From Octopus bimaculoides (Eukaryota), in NCBI RefSeq assembly GCF_001194135.2, contig NC_068983.1, forward strand, positions 94,052,763-94,090,441: DNA of 37,679 nucleotides, given 5' to 3'. Below the pieces are notes generated by a model. That model did not search any database, was not told where the DNA came from, and was given only the letters and a program-made list of their open reading frames with translations. Each line of letters begins with the position of its first letter. The first letter of the stretch is position 1. A program made the translations under genes and the position numbers. Positions 10,448-20,161 of the stretch are shown here, in pieces.

Positions 10448-11740
10448 TGTTGGAATATCAAAAGGTTCCTGGACTACTTATGTTTAATAAAAAAAATAAC
10501 TTATTTACCTAAGTTTTAACATCATCTCCTTCGAAATAGTCACTCTATGCAGTAATACATTGGTCGCAGTGTTTCTACCACTTTTGGAATCTGGCCTGGA
10601 AGTCATTTTCCATAAGTGAATTGAGGACTTTCTGTGATTCGCTGTGGATTTCAACAGCAGTGTTAAAATGGCAACCTTTGGGCTGCATTTTCATCTTGGA
10701 AAAGAGATAGAAGTTCACAAGTGCTAAATCTGGTGAATAGGGTGAGTGCAGAAGCAATACCATGTTTTTGGTGAGAAATTCATGAGTAAGGAGAGCTCAG
10801 TGACAGGGTGCATTGTTATCATAAAGAATCCAATTCTTCATGCTCCACAGACCTGCTCACTTTCACCGAATGTCCTCCCTCAAATGCTTTGCTGTAGAAC
10901 TCTAGATTGATGGCACTAGGGGATGAATTCTTGATGCACAATACCTTGGATGTCGGAAAAAAGGATGAGCATGCTTTTGATTGAGCTGTGGCTCTGTCGT
11001 ACCTTCTTTGGTCATGGAGATGAAGGCCTCTTCTATTGTGACGACTGCTACTTCGTCTCAGGGTCATGCCTGTAGACCCGACCAGTGATGACCCTTGACA
11101 AGAAGGATGGGTCATCAGTGGCACATTCACAGAGATTTTGATGGACTTTGATGTGATGTCCTTTCTGTTTGGTGGTCAGCAGGCAGAGTATAAACTTAGC
11201 AGAGACATGTCACATTTTCAATTCAGATGTTAGGATTACCTGCATGGACCCATATGACAGACCAACAACATCAGTAATGTCGTTGATTGTCTTCCGATGA
11301 TCCTCAAGCTGGTGAATTTTCTGCACATTTCTGGTGGTGATGATCATGACAGGTCTTTCAAATCACTCATCATCTTCCAGGGACATTCTTCCATTTTTGA
11401 AGCAACTGTACCACTCGAAACATTGCATACAACCCATTGCTTTCTTGGCCTAAGCTTGCCAAAGCATGCTCAATGTCTCTGTAGCAGACTCCTCAAGTTT
11501 AATGCAAAATTTCATGTTGGCTCTTTGTTCCAACTTCCTGTCCATGACAAAATCATAGACTACAGCATACATGTGATCACAAAACACACAAATTTCACAC
11601 CTTGCAAAGTAAACACAGCGATGTCATTCAGCACACTGTCTCACGAAGGTCACTACTAGCTCTCACTGCACATGCAAGTGTGTGCTGCCATCTGTTGGTG
11701 TACTACAGAACTAGTCTGGGAGTTTTTTGATACCACCTTT
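10448..11740 (-). mobile_element. Full-length (~1.3 kb) inactive mariner (Tc1/mariner) transposon
   Basis: The TIRs match at 21/28 positions: TATCAAAAGGTTCCTGGACTACTTATGT (10456) versus the reverse complement of the right end, TATCAAAAAACTCCCAGACTAGTTCTGT. TA follows at 11741-11742. A decayed transposase lies inside. Confidence 0.9.
10509..11545 (-). pseudogene. Mariner transposase pseudogene (stops, frameshifts, small deletions)
   Basis: Starts MDRKLEQRANMKFCIKLEESATETLSMLWQA*. Contains DDPSFLSRVITG..VYRHDPETK*QSSQ and HSPYSPDLALVNFYLFSKMK (the YSPDLAP motif). Ends KW..DYFEGDDVKT*. Confidence 0.92.
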
Positions 11741-12470
11741 TAGATAACAAAAACAGTGTTGCATTTTAAAGTTGAGAAAAGTCTTGCATATTTTTACTGT
11801 TCCACTTACAGATTGTATTTGTAATATATGAGTTGGTTCATTTCATTTTCTGAAAACCTTAGCTTATCCAAATTGCCACTTGGGCATTTACTCACAAAAC
11901 CAAGTGCACTAATTATTATTGGTATAAATGTAAATTTATAATCTGGATATAGAAGCTGAAGGTTTCAAAGCAGTTGTCCATAATTAGCTTCTTTCTAATT
12001 GAGAAAAGACAGCTGACCTCTATGACAGTACATACTTTTTCTTGCCTACTCCAAACAACAATATCCAGCCTGTGATGTTTGTGTATATATTCAATAACAA
12101 AGAGATTTCCTATATTTATTCCAGGACAGTCTTTTTTACAAATGGTATTGTGAATTGTTTTTGCAATAACATCATGTCACATAGAAATGTAGTACCTTGA
12201 TGACATCTTTGGGCAGCTTCTAATCACCTGTGTGATGTCTTCCACAGAAATATGATATAATCTACATTTTCAGTTACATCTTGCAGCTCCAAGAGATTCA
12301 CTATTTCTTTTGTTTATTAGGTATTTCATAGCAATCTCCAGTTCTTGGATTGCAAAGATAGGCAGGCAGGCAGGCGAGAGAGGTAGGTAGGTAGGCCAAA
12401 ATAGAGAGTGAAGTGAATAAGTAGCAGATATACTGTTGTGACACATACTTAAGAAATGATCCTTAAAAGC

Positions 12471-12686
12471 AGAGAGAGAGTGCGAGGGGAGAGAGAGTGC
12501 GAGGGGAGAGAGAGTGTGAGGGGAGAGAGAGTGCGAGGGGAGAGAGAGTGCGAGGGGAGAGAGAGTGCGAGGGGAGAGAGAGTGCGAGGGGAGAGAGAGT
12601 GCGAGGGGAGAGAGAGTGCGAGGGGAGAGAGAGTGCGAGGGGAGAGAGAGTGCGAGGGGAGAGAGAGTGCGAGGGGAGAGAGAGAA
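12471..12686. repeat. 17-bp minisatellite (TGCGAGGGGAGAGAGAG) x12
   Basis: Units start at 12481, 12498, and so on to 12668. One variant unit (TGTG) at 12515. Confidence 0.97.
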
Positions 12687-13653
12687 AGAAAGATATATTG
12701 TTTATTTGAAAGATGAGATAGGTACAACTGGCACATGCATAAACTCATAATAAAGTAGATTGTGCATATAGATGGTAGACAATGCTATAGAATGACGTGT
12801 TAGCTTCATGTTCCAGGTTTGAATTTCTTTTGTTGTAATTTCACTACATTTACATCAGTAGCATCTTTAAAAAAAAGGCATGAACATCACAACACTCATT
12901 TTCCTTTACCTACAAAATTTTTAGGCTTCACATCTGTCTGGAGAGAGCACCAAGAAGCCATTCCAGTGTAGTTTATCAGAGTTGTCATGACTTTGCAGCA
13001 AAAATCCTAAAAAGAGCTGTAATTTTTTTGCTTTCTTTTTGCTTCAGAAGAATAACAATATTTTGTATACGAAAATAATTTGAAGAAATACCTAAATATA
13101 TTTACAAAAACTTTATTTCTCTAAGAAAAATTATCTAAATATAATTCAATTTTACTGCATTCAATATTTCCTTTGAAATAAAAATACAAATACCATGTCT
13201 AACCCTGAAAATACACAACACCCACCCTCACTCCACCATCACTGCCAACTTCAGCATTATTACCAACAATAGTAGCAGCACCAAAACAGCAAGTAGTACC
13301 ACCAACATCAACATCATGAGGAGTATCACATATGTGGTGGGACTGTCTAACTTCACTTAAAATTTATAAATACTATTCTACTCCTTACTCTGAAAAATCT
13401 TCCATCACACAAATATTGGTTATTGAGGCAGCTATTTTAACAGCAAGATTCTAAATGAAGTCAGTTCTAGAACAGTGAAATTCTATTAACTGAAGAATAT
13501 CATCATGTATATTTGGAATAATACAAATTCTGTTTATTTCCAATAACAATGGCAATGTTTATTTTTCATTTGTATTTTTGTATAGAATCTTTCTACCATT
13601 ATTTTATTAAGGATTCTTTCTGATATCAGCTGCTGTAATTTAACACCATCTTC

Positions 13654-13660
<7 letters not shown>

Positions 13661-13737
<77 letters not shown>
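13661..13737. repeat. (TC)n(TA)n microsatellite
   Basis: Direct reading. Confidence 0.95.
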
Positions 13738-13740
<3 letters not shown>

Positions 13741-13894
13741 TCTGTGCATATTTTTTCTTATAGTTTGTATTCAACATTTATTTGACTCAAACATTGCATA
13801 GATTTCTTCAGAGAAAACTGAACAGATGTTATAGGAAAAAGAAAAACAATATCACCGCTAGCAATAACAATGGTAATAGCATTAACAACAAAAT

Positions 13895-13995
13895 AATAAT
13901 TATTATTATTATGATTATTATTATGATTATTATTGTTGTTGTTGTTATTGTTACTATTTTTATTATTATTATTATTGTTGTTATCATCATCATCG
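13895..13995. repeat. Compound (ATT)/(GTT)/(ATC) microsatellite merging into the tail of the adjacent element
   Basis: Direct reading. Confidence 0.9.
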
Positions 13996-14310
13996 TTTAA
14001 CGTCCGCTTTCCATGCTAGTGAAGCCAGATGGCAACACTAGGCTCCAATCTGATTTGGCACAGTTTCTACAGCTGGATGCCCTTCCTAACGCCAACCACT
14101 CAGAGAGTGTAGTGGGTGTTTTTACGTGCCACCGGCACGAAGGGCAATGAGGCAGTACTGGCAACGGCGACGCTCAAAATGGTGTATTTTATGTGCCACC
14201 CACACAAGAGCCAGTCCAGGGGCACTGGCAACGATCTCGCTCGAAAGTCCTTACACATACCACGGGCACAAGTGCCAGAAAGGCGACGCTGGGCGCAGGT
14301 GCCATCACGA
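13990..14310 (-). mobile_element. Young RTE-tail copy with an internal deletion of about 30 bp
   Basis: Reverse-complement homologue of 1-230 (CCCTTCCTAACGCCAACCACTCAGAGAGTGTAGTGGGTG). It lacks CATGGGTTGGACGATTTGACTGAGGACTG near 14020 and is CpG-rich. Confidence 0.8.
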
Positions 14311-14339
14311 TTTCGATTATCATTATTATTATTATTATG

Positions 14340-14465
14340 CTGAGATCAACTTTGCCTTTCACCCTTTTGGAGTCAATAAATTAAGTATTAGTGAAACACT
14401 GGGATTGATGTAATTGACAAGTCCTCTCCCCACAAATTTCAGGCCTTGTGCATTTAATAGAAATT
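14340..14465 (+). mobile_element. SINE family A copy (3' part, plus orientation)
   Basis: GATCAACTTTGCCTTTCACCCTTTTGGAGTCAATAAATTAAGTA..AAATTTCAGGCCTTGTG. Confidence 0.75.
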
Positions 14466-14710
14466 TGTGGTGAATAAGGTCAGAGGACCTGAGTTCTCTT
14501 CTAACCCATTTACTGTTGAGGTTGACTCCCACAGCCTTTGTCTCTTCCCAGGCACTCACAGCCAGTAAGGATTTAAGCTTGAAGTTGTCCTTCCTCAAAT
14601 GTGGCCCTCTTCCAAGGCTACCAAGCCCTGACTGCTCGCACAGTTATACCACTTGTGTAACTGTGGACACAGTACAGCCTTCTCCTAAGACACACTTTAA
14701 TAAAAGTTAA

Positions 14711-15170
14711 GACACAGGCATGGCTGTATGGTAAGAAGATTGCTTCCCAACCACATGGTTCCAGGTTCAGTCCCACTGCATGGTAGTTTGGGCAAGTGCC
14801 TTCTACTATAGCCTTTAAGCCGACAAGAGCTTTATGAGTGGATTTGGTAGACGGAAACTAGAAGAAGCCCACCATATACCTGTGCGTGTGTGTGTGTGTG
14901 TGCATGTGTGTGTGTGTGTGTGCATGTGTGTGTGTGTGTGTGTGTGCATGTGTGTGTGTGTTTGTCCCCCACCACTACTGCTTGATAACTAGTGTTAGTG
15001 TGTTTACATCTCTGTAACTTTGTGGTTGGCAAAAGAGACTGATAGAATAAGTACCAGGCTTTCAAAAACAAGTGCTGGAGTCAAGTTGTTTGAGTAAAAG
15101 ATTCTTCAAGGCAGTGCCCCAGCATGGCTGCAGACTAATGACTGGAACAAAGAAATGATAAAAGGTAAAA
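14711..15170 (+). mobile_element. SINE family B (tRNA-derived, OK-type octopus SINE-like), full length with internal (TG)n
   Basis: Head GGCATGGCTGTATGGTAAGAAG (A-box-like) and GGTTCAGTCCC (B-box-like), then TTGGGCAAGTG, an internal (TG)n, and tail CCCAGCATGGCTGCAG..AACAAAGAAA. Homologous to 17301-17677. Confidence 0.85.
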
Positions 15171-15259
15171 TGTTCCATTCCCTTGGTCTGTCAGCATGCC
15201 AAACACTAACCCAGAATTTCTAAGTCCTCACACTGTAGCTAAATAGTGTGAAGACCATT

Positions 15260-15291
15260 GATGGATGAACCCAATATAGGGTTCATCCATC
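15260..15291. other. Perfect 13-bp stem, 6-nt loop hairpin
   Basis: GATGGATGAACCC-AATATA-GGGTTCATCCATC. Confidence 0.9.
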
Positions 15292-15465
15292 CTGTTAAGT
15301 GATATTGTTTTTGTGCTGTTGGGTTTCTAAGCAACCTTTCTCACCAAGTAAGCATGATGGAAGGGTTTGATTAGACACTGATGACCAGACCATGATCAGG
15401 TTGTGTTGGATTATGTATTACCAGTAACACTCATTAGTGACCTGATGTGAATGTTATAATATAAT

Positions 15466-15645
15466 TGTTTCTTATTTAGGTATAAGGCCATTACATTGAA
15501 CTAGACTGATACCTTATTTAATCAACCCCAGAGGGATGAAAGGTGAAGTTGATTTCAATGACATTTGAAATCAGATTGTAATAACCAGAAGAAATACATC
15601 AGATATTTTGTTCAATACTGAAATGATTCTGCTAATGCACAGCCC
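15466..15645 (-). mobile_element. SINE family A copy, highly degenerate
   Basis: TATAAGGCC..CCTTATTTAATCAACCCCAGAGGGATGAAAGGTGAAGTTGA..ATGATTCTGC. Confidence 0.65.
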
Positions 15646-15679
15646 TTTATAACAAGTAATAATGATAATAATAATGTTG

Positions 15680-15840
15680 TGCTTTTTATCTTGATATGAG
15701 ATCACCATGTCTCACACAATGGTTGTGACACATGTGCCTGGTGTACCTTTATCAGATGGGTAGTCATGATGGGTAATATTGGGCTTCATATATTTGTACC
15801 CCAGTGTCACTTTCATGGCATGCATTGCTCTCTCACTCAT
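15680..15840 (+). mobile_element. Probable retroposon (SINE/LINE) 3' end terminating in (TAA)n
   Basis: Ends TACCCCAGTGTCACTTTCATGGCATGCATTGCTCTCTCACTCAT(TAA)n and is also preceded by a TAA/TGA tract. The family is recognised from memory only. Confidence 0.45.
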
Positions 15841-15860
15841 TAATAATAATAATAATAATA

Positions 15861-16050
15861 ATCCTTTCTACTAAAGGCACAAGACCTGAAATTTTGTGGG
15901 CGGGGACTAGTCAATTACATTGACTCCAGTGTTTCACTGGTACTTATTTTATCAACCCTGAAAGGATGAAAAGCAAAGTCGACATTGGCGGAATTTGAAC
16001 TCCAAATGAAATGCTGTGAAGCAATTTGTCCAGCGTGCCAGCCCACTGCC
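15861..16050 (-). mobile_element. SINE family A copy flanked on both sides by (TAA)n
   Basis: (TAA)n-TCCTTTCTACTAAAGGCACAAGACC..GTCGACATTGGCGGAATTTGAACTC..CACTGCC-T(TAA)n. Confidence 0.85.
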
Positions 16051-16169
16051 TTAATAATAATAATAATAATGATGATGATGATAACAATACATCCCTAGCA
16101 TTAGAACCTGAAAAAAGGGGAGTAATAATAATTATATCATCATCATCAAAAAGCTGAGAAATTGCTGTT

Positions 16170-16380
16170 AGTGTTTAACTTCAGGTCAGCCATAATCAAG
16201 TAGAACTGTAATTAAAGTAATTCCTGCCATAACCATCTTATCTTTTTTTTTTTTTTAGTTTTCATGCATATTTTATCTAGGACATCATTATTTAATGCAT
16301 CCCTTCTTATATTTTTAAGATAGTAAGTTGAAATTTGAAAGAAATTTACTGTTTAGCAACTACATATAGAGACTCATCAT
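16170..16380. mobile_element. Interspersed repeat family E copy (probable SINE)
   Basis: TTTAAC..CAGGTCAGCC.TAATCAAG.AGA.CT and downstream motifs are shared with 7905-7960, 25815-25990 and, in the opposite orientation, 34500-34840 and 36590-36745. Confidence 0.45.
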
Positions 16381-16667
16381 TAGCTAAGCATATACTAAAC
16401 CCAACGTATGCCAATAATCTAGCAATGATAATATGGGACAATGACTGTCCAGACAGTGAAGGAGATTGAGATGAACTGTCTATATCACAGAAATGAAGAA
16501 CCTTTGTTCTCTGGTAGAAATCTTCATCCGATCTAAATTATATATCACCTGGAAATCAGTAGCAATAGAGTTTTTTTTACAGCTTCTTTTCCATGCTGAC
16601 ATGTGTTAGACCTTTTCTTTTTCAGACAGTATTTTACTGCAATATACCCTTCAATTTGAGAACCCTT

Positions 16668-16895
16668 TTAACTCTTTAGCTTTCAGATTACTCTATTAAA
16701 TATAATGCTTATTTATTTGCATTGTCTTAAATTAATCATGTATTATCTCATAGCTTCAAGATTTCAATGATATGATTGTTTATTTTTAGAATGACATTGC
16801 AGGTTGAGTGGGAGAGGCCAGATCTGGCCAGTTTTAACATAAAACAGGTAGAATATTTGAGCCTTATATAGCTGGTTTAAATGCTAAGGTGCTAA
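16668..16895. mobile_element. Degenerate piggyBac-type MITE (228 bp)
   Basis: Ends TTAA-CTCTTTAGC and GCTAAGGTG-CTAA fit a decayed TTAA-CCCTTTAGC/GCTAAAGGG-TTAA architecture (TTAA target, CCC termini). No coding capacity. Confidence 0.55.
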
Positions 16896-16899
16896 TTTT

Positions 16900-17150
16900 A
16901 CAACACATAGGGATGCAGCAGGCCTATTCTAAAATCAGGATGCACATGGAAAAAGTTGAGAAACTAATAAAGTACAAGGATTTTGAAACTGAAATGAGCA
17001 GGATGAAGGTAAAAGGTGTTCCAGTAATAATTGGGACACTGGGTATGATACAAAAATATGCAAACCATAGCAGGGCTCACAACTTTATATACAGTTCAAA
17101 AATACAGTTCCACTATACAGTTCATATCTTAAACAAGACATTCTTATTTC
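16900..17150 (+). mobile_element. Fossil C-terminal (RLE endonuclease) fragment of an R4/Dong-like retrotransposon
   Basis: EKVEKLIKYKDFETEMSRMKVKGVPVIIGTLGMIQK..HILNKT matches the KE.EK..KY.DL..E..RMW..K..PV.IGALG..HIL.K pattern. Confidence 0.75.
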
Positions 17151-17300
17151 AATAACATAACTCACATAGTACATGTTCTGCAAGAGGAATTTTTGTATGC
17201 AACATCATATATTCAATAAAGTTGACAGGCTAGATAAAAATGAGGCCATTGGCCTAATTTGGCTTGTGGGCCATAGTTTGCTGACACTTGGTTGGCTACA

Positions 17301-17677
17301 GATGCAGGCATGGCTGTGTGGTTAAGAGGCTTGCTTTGCAACCAAGTGGTTTTGAGTTATCCCACTGCATGGCACACTGGGCAAGTATCTCCTCCTATAA
17401 CCCCAAGCCAACCAAAGCCTCATGAGTGAATTTGGTAGATGGAAACTATGTGGAAGACTGTTATTTATGTGTGTATTTGTCCTCCACCACCACTTAACAA
17501 CCAGTGTTGGTTTGTTTGCATCCCAATGAAATAGCAGTTCCAGCAAAGAGGTTGACAGAATAAATACTACACTTTCAACGATAAGTACTAGGGTCAATTT
17601 GTTCACTTAAACTCTTCAAGGCCCCAGCATGGCTGCAGTCCAATAACTGAAACAAGTAAAAGGTAAACAATAAAAGA
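17301..17677 (+). mobile_element. SINE family B copy
   Basis: GATGCAGGCATGGCTGTGTGGTTAAGAGGC..CCCACTGCATGGCACACTGGGCAAGTATC..CCCAGCATGGCTGCAGTCCAATAACTGAAACAAGTAAAAG. Confidence 0.85.
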
Positions 17678-17714
17678 TAATCGGCCAATAGATAAAATTA
17701 TGGTCTAATATATC

Positions 17715-17788
17715 AAAATATTAATAAACATGTATACTTATTGTCTAATGTAAAATATTAATAAACATGTATACTTATTGTCTAATGT
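17715..17788. repeat. Perfect 37-bp tandem duplication
   Basis: AAAATATTAATAAACATGTATACTTATTGTCTAATGT x2. Confidence 0.95.
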
Positions 17789-17843
17789 AAAATTATGGTC
17801 TAAAATCTATGTCTAACTCTCCCTTTATTTTTTTCCATTTCAG

Positions 17844-17886
17844 ATCTTTCAGTACAGACCCAGTGATGGCCTACAAATCTAACTAA
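17844..17886 (+). CDS. Candidate terminal coding exon of an unidentified gene (frame unknown)
   Basis: Strong acceptor CTCCCTTTATTTTTTTCCATTTCAG| at 17843. All three frames close within 45 nt (IFQYRPSDGLQI*, SFSTDPVMAYKSN* or LSVQTQ*), and UTR-like sequence follows. No homology recognised. Confidence 0.2.
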
Positions 17887-18321
17887 AATTCTACACTGCT
17901 GCTTTATCTCTTTCTAACTGAAGCTTGTTAGAAATAATAGATGTATCTTCTTTGCTTACTCTTTTTTTCTACCTACATGTTTTGCTTGCTTGTGAACTGA
18001 AGTAATAAGGTTCTTTAAAATGCCATTGTTTGATCAATTTTGAAGCAGAAACGAAAACAGGAGAACATCAAAATATTTTTCTTGATCTTCTTTACCTATG
18101 TACTGAAGAAGGAAAAAATAAGTTTCTCCTTAGCTGGAAGTCTTCTATTCACATTACAGCTAGGTAAAGCAAAGAAAACAATTGTATTTGTCTGACCAAA
18201 AGAATACGATATCAAAGCTTAACGTTTCTTCGATGAAATTTCTTTCTTGCTTTATTTATGAATATTTTGCTGTTTTACAAAATTTTCCATTACTTGTGCA
18301 CACATACACATACCTACAAAT

Positions 18322-18366
<45 letters not shown>

Positions 18367-18766
18367 CTATTTTATCTCTTTCTCTTCCTCCCTATATGTA
18401 AACACATATGCATGCATACACACACACAAATACACTTAAAAAATGTTTAGTAAAGAAACAGAATGAATATTTTGTTGGTTTCAGACACACAACAACAAAA
18501 TACATTAAGTATGAAATTTTAAGAAAAAAAGGAAATATTTTATAATGGCAAGCCAAGTACCTAGAAAAGTTGCCAAGAGAAATTTTGGCAGGTAAAATTT
18601 CGTTATTCTGTCAAAATTGGTTAATTCATGTATTTATTTCTAAATTTTGATTAAAAGGCTTGTCAATTCTGCTTGCTGCTTATTTGAAACATTTCTCACA
18701 AGAAAATTGATACCTGAATAATTTAAGTTTATTTTTAATAAATTTTAAAATTTCTGTGATTATTCT

Positions 18767-18823
<57 letters not shown>

Positions 18824-19789
18824 ACTTATCTATTTGTTTGTTACAAATACACACATGCCCACTCAGACACACACAGCTAAATCATTAGATTATTTTTTAA
18901 GTTTGAAAAAATTAACTGAAATTTAATATGATCCATACATCTATTTTGATGACATAATGCACCCCCACCCAGCATCATTTCACAAACATTTAATGTATTA
19001 TCTGTTTTTTAAATATTCCTTCAAAATATTTCTTGTGGAATCTCAAGACAATTTAAACTATGCAGAAAACAAAGATAGCTCACTACCGACATTTTCTTCT
19101 GAGCAGGGAACAATTTTATCAAAACTTCCAATTGAACCATCCCCATGGATTTGTTCCTACATAAAGCTGAGAACATTGTTTTTTGTTTTCATTTTGTTCT
19201 GTTATACAAAACTAATCATAGATGTACTATCATCAGCTAAATATAAAAGTTAAAACCAAATAAGGTCAATCATACAAGGTTTATTATAGAAGTTCAGAGT
19301 CACCAAATTAAGTTGTCTTATTAAATCTAAGAGGATGTGTCAGAAAGTAATGGAAATTAAAATTGCATTGCTTTCTGACTCACTCCCATAGATATAGTAG
19401 AAGTATAGTGAAACTTAGCTACTCTTAATGATGACCATGTTTCTAGTTAGGTTACTTTCTTCTTAGAATCACAGCTCTAGTATTAAGAACTCTATCGTGA
19501 TTTTTTTTTATATTACTGGATTTTATTAAAATTAGTTTTAGAATAATGCCTTGATTGACCTTAAATTCAAATTTATGACATTTAATACTCTATTATATTT
19601 TTTAATAAACTTCATTTTCATATATTTTTATTCATAAAAGTTTATTCTGTGTATCAATGTATGTCAATAACAATAATAATTAAATCTACAACATCCTTCA
19701 CTTGTTAAAAGACAGCATATGCAAGCATCCATGTATGATATATACATATATATATGTGTGTGTGTGTGTATGTACAGACACACACTCAC

Positions 19790-20021
19790 CAATGAGTATG
19801 TACAATAATGTTATACATAATCATTTTTCTATATGTATCTATTATGTGGGTAGAGCCAGGTAATGCTGGGAGCAACAGTTTTTGCCATATCACCAATGAA
19901 TATCTAGTAGGTACTGGGGTGGGAATCACTTTGAAATACCCAGCTGAGTACAAACCAGATCTCATAATCAGTGGCCTGATGAGAATTTTGGACCATCGGG
20001 TTGCAAAACTACTAGAAGCAT
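19790..20021 (-). CDS. Candidate internal exon (232 nt) of an unidentified gene
   Basis: AAG acceptor at 20022-20023 and consensus donor CATTG|GTGAGT at 19789, followed by a microsatellite. Only one open frame (DASSSFATRWSKILIRPLIMRSGLYSAGYFKVIPTPVPTRYSLVIWQKLLLPALPGSTH..), which is phase-compatible with the upstream candidate exon. GC is higher than in the flanks. Confidence 0.3.
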
Positions 20022-20044
20022 CTTGTGAGATTAATCCAAGGTGA
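19808..20044 (+). CDS. Alternative reading: 78-aa ORF with a hydrophobic N-terminus, antisense to the candidate exon
   Basis: MLYIIIFLYVSIMWVEPGNA resembles a signal peptide, followed by two Cys. The hydrophobic start comes from AT-rich DNA, so it may be chance. Confidence 0.15.
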   Translation: MLYIIIFLYVSIMWVEPGNAGSNSFCHITNEYLVGTGVGITLKYPAEYKPDLIISGLMRILDHRVAKLLEASCEINPR

Positions 20045-20124
20045 AATGAAAACATTATTAAAGTATAAACCAAATCCATTATAAATGTGAAACTGTTCTT
20101 CCAAGCATAATCCTTTCAACTCAC

Positions 20125-20161
20125 CTGTACCATGAGATGGGGATATAGAACTATCAGTCAT
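20125..20161 (-). CDS. Candidate first coding exon portion (MTDSSISPSHGT + 1 nt)
   Basis: ATG at 20161 with an in-frame stop upstream. Perfect donor GGTACAG|GTGAGT at 20124. A 103-bp intron would lead to the candidate exon at 20021. Confidence 0.3.

Noticed and set aside
11297-11659. 120-aa plus-strand ORF
   Set aside because: Antisense to the mariner transposase pseudogene.
12449-12750. Repetitive ORFs (ERECEGRESARG..) and a possible CRISPR-like array
   Set aside because: A pure 17-bp tandem repeat with no unique spacers, in eukaryotic DNA with no cas genes.
14711-14790. tRNA-like A/B boxes (also at 17301, 22081 and 646)
   Set aside because: These are SINE heads. No complete cloverleaf is present, and they continue into SINE bodies.
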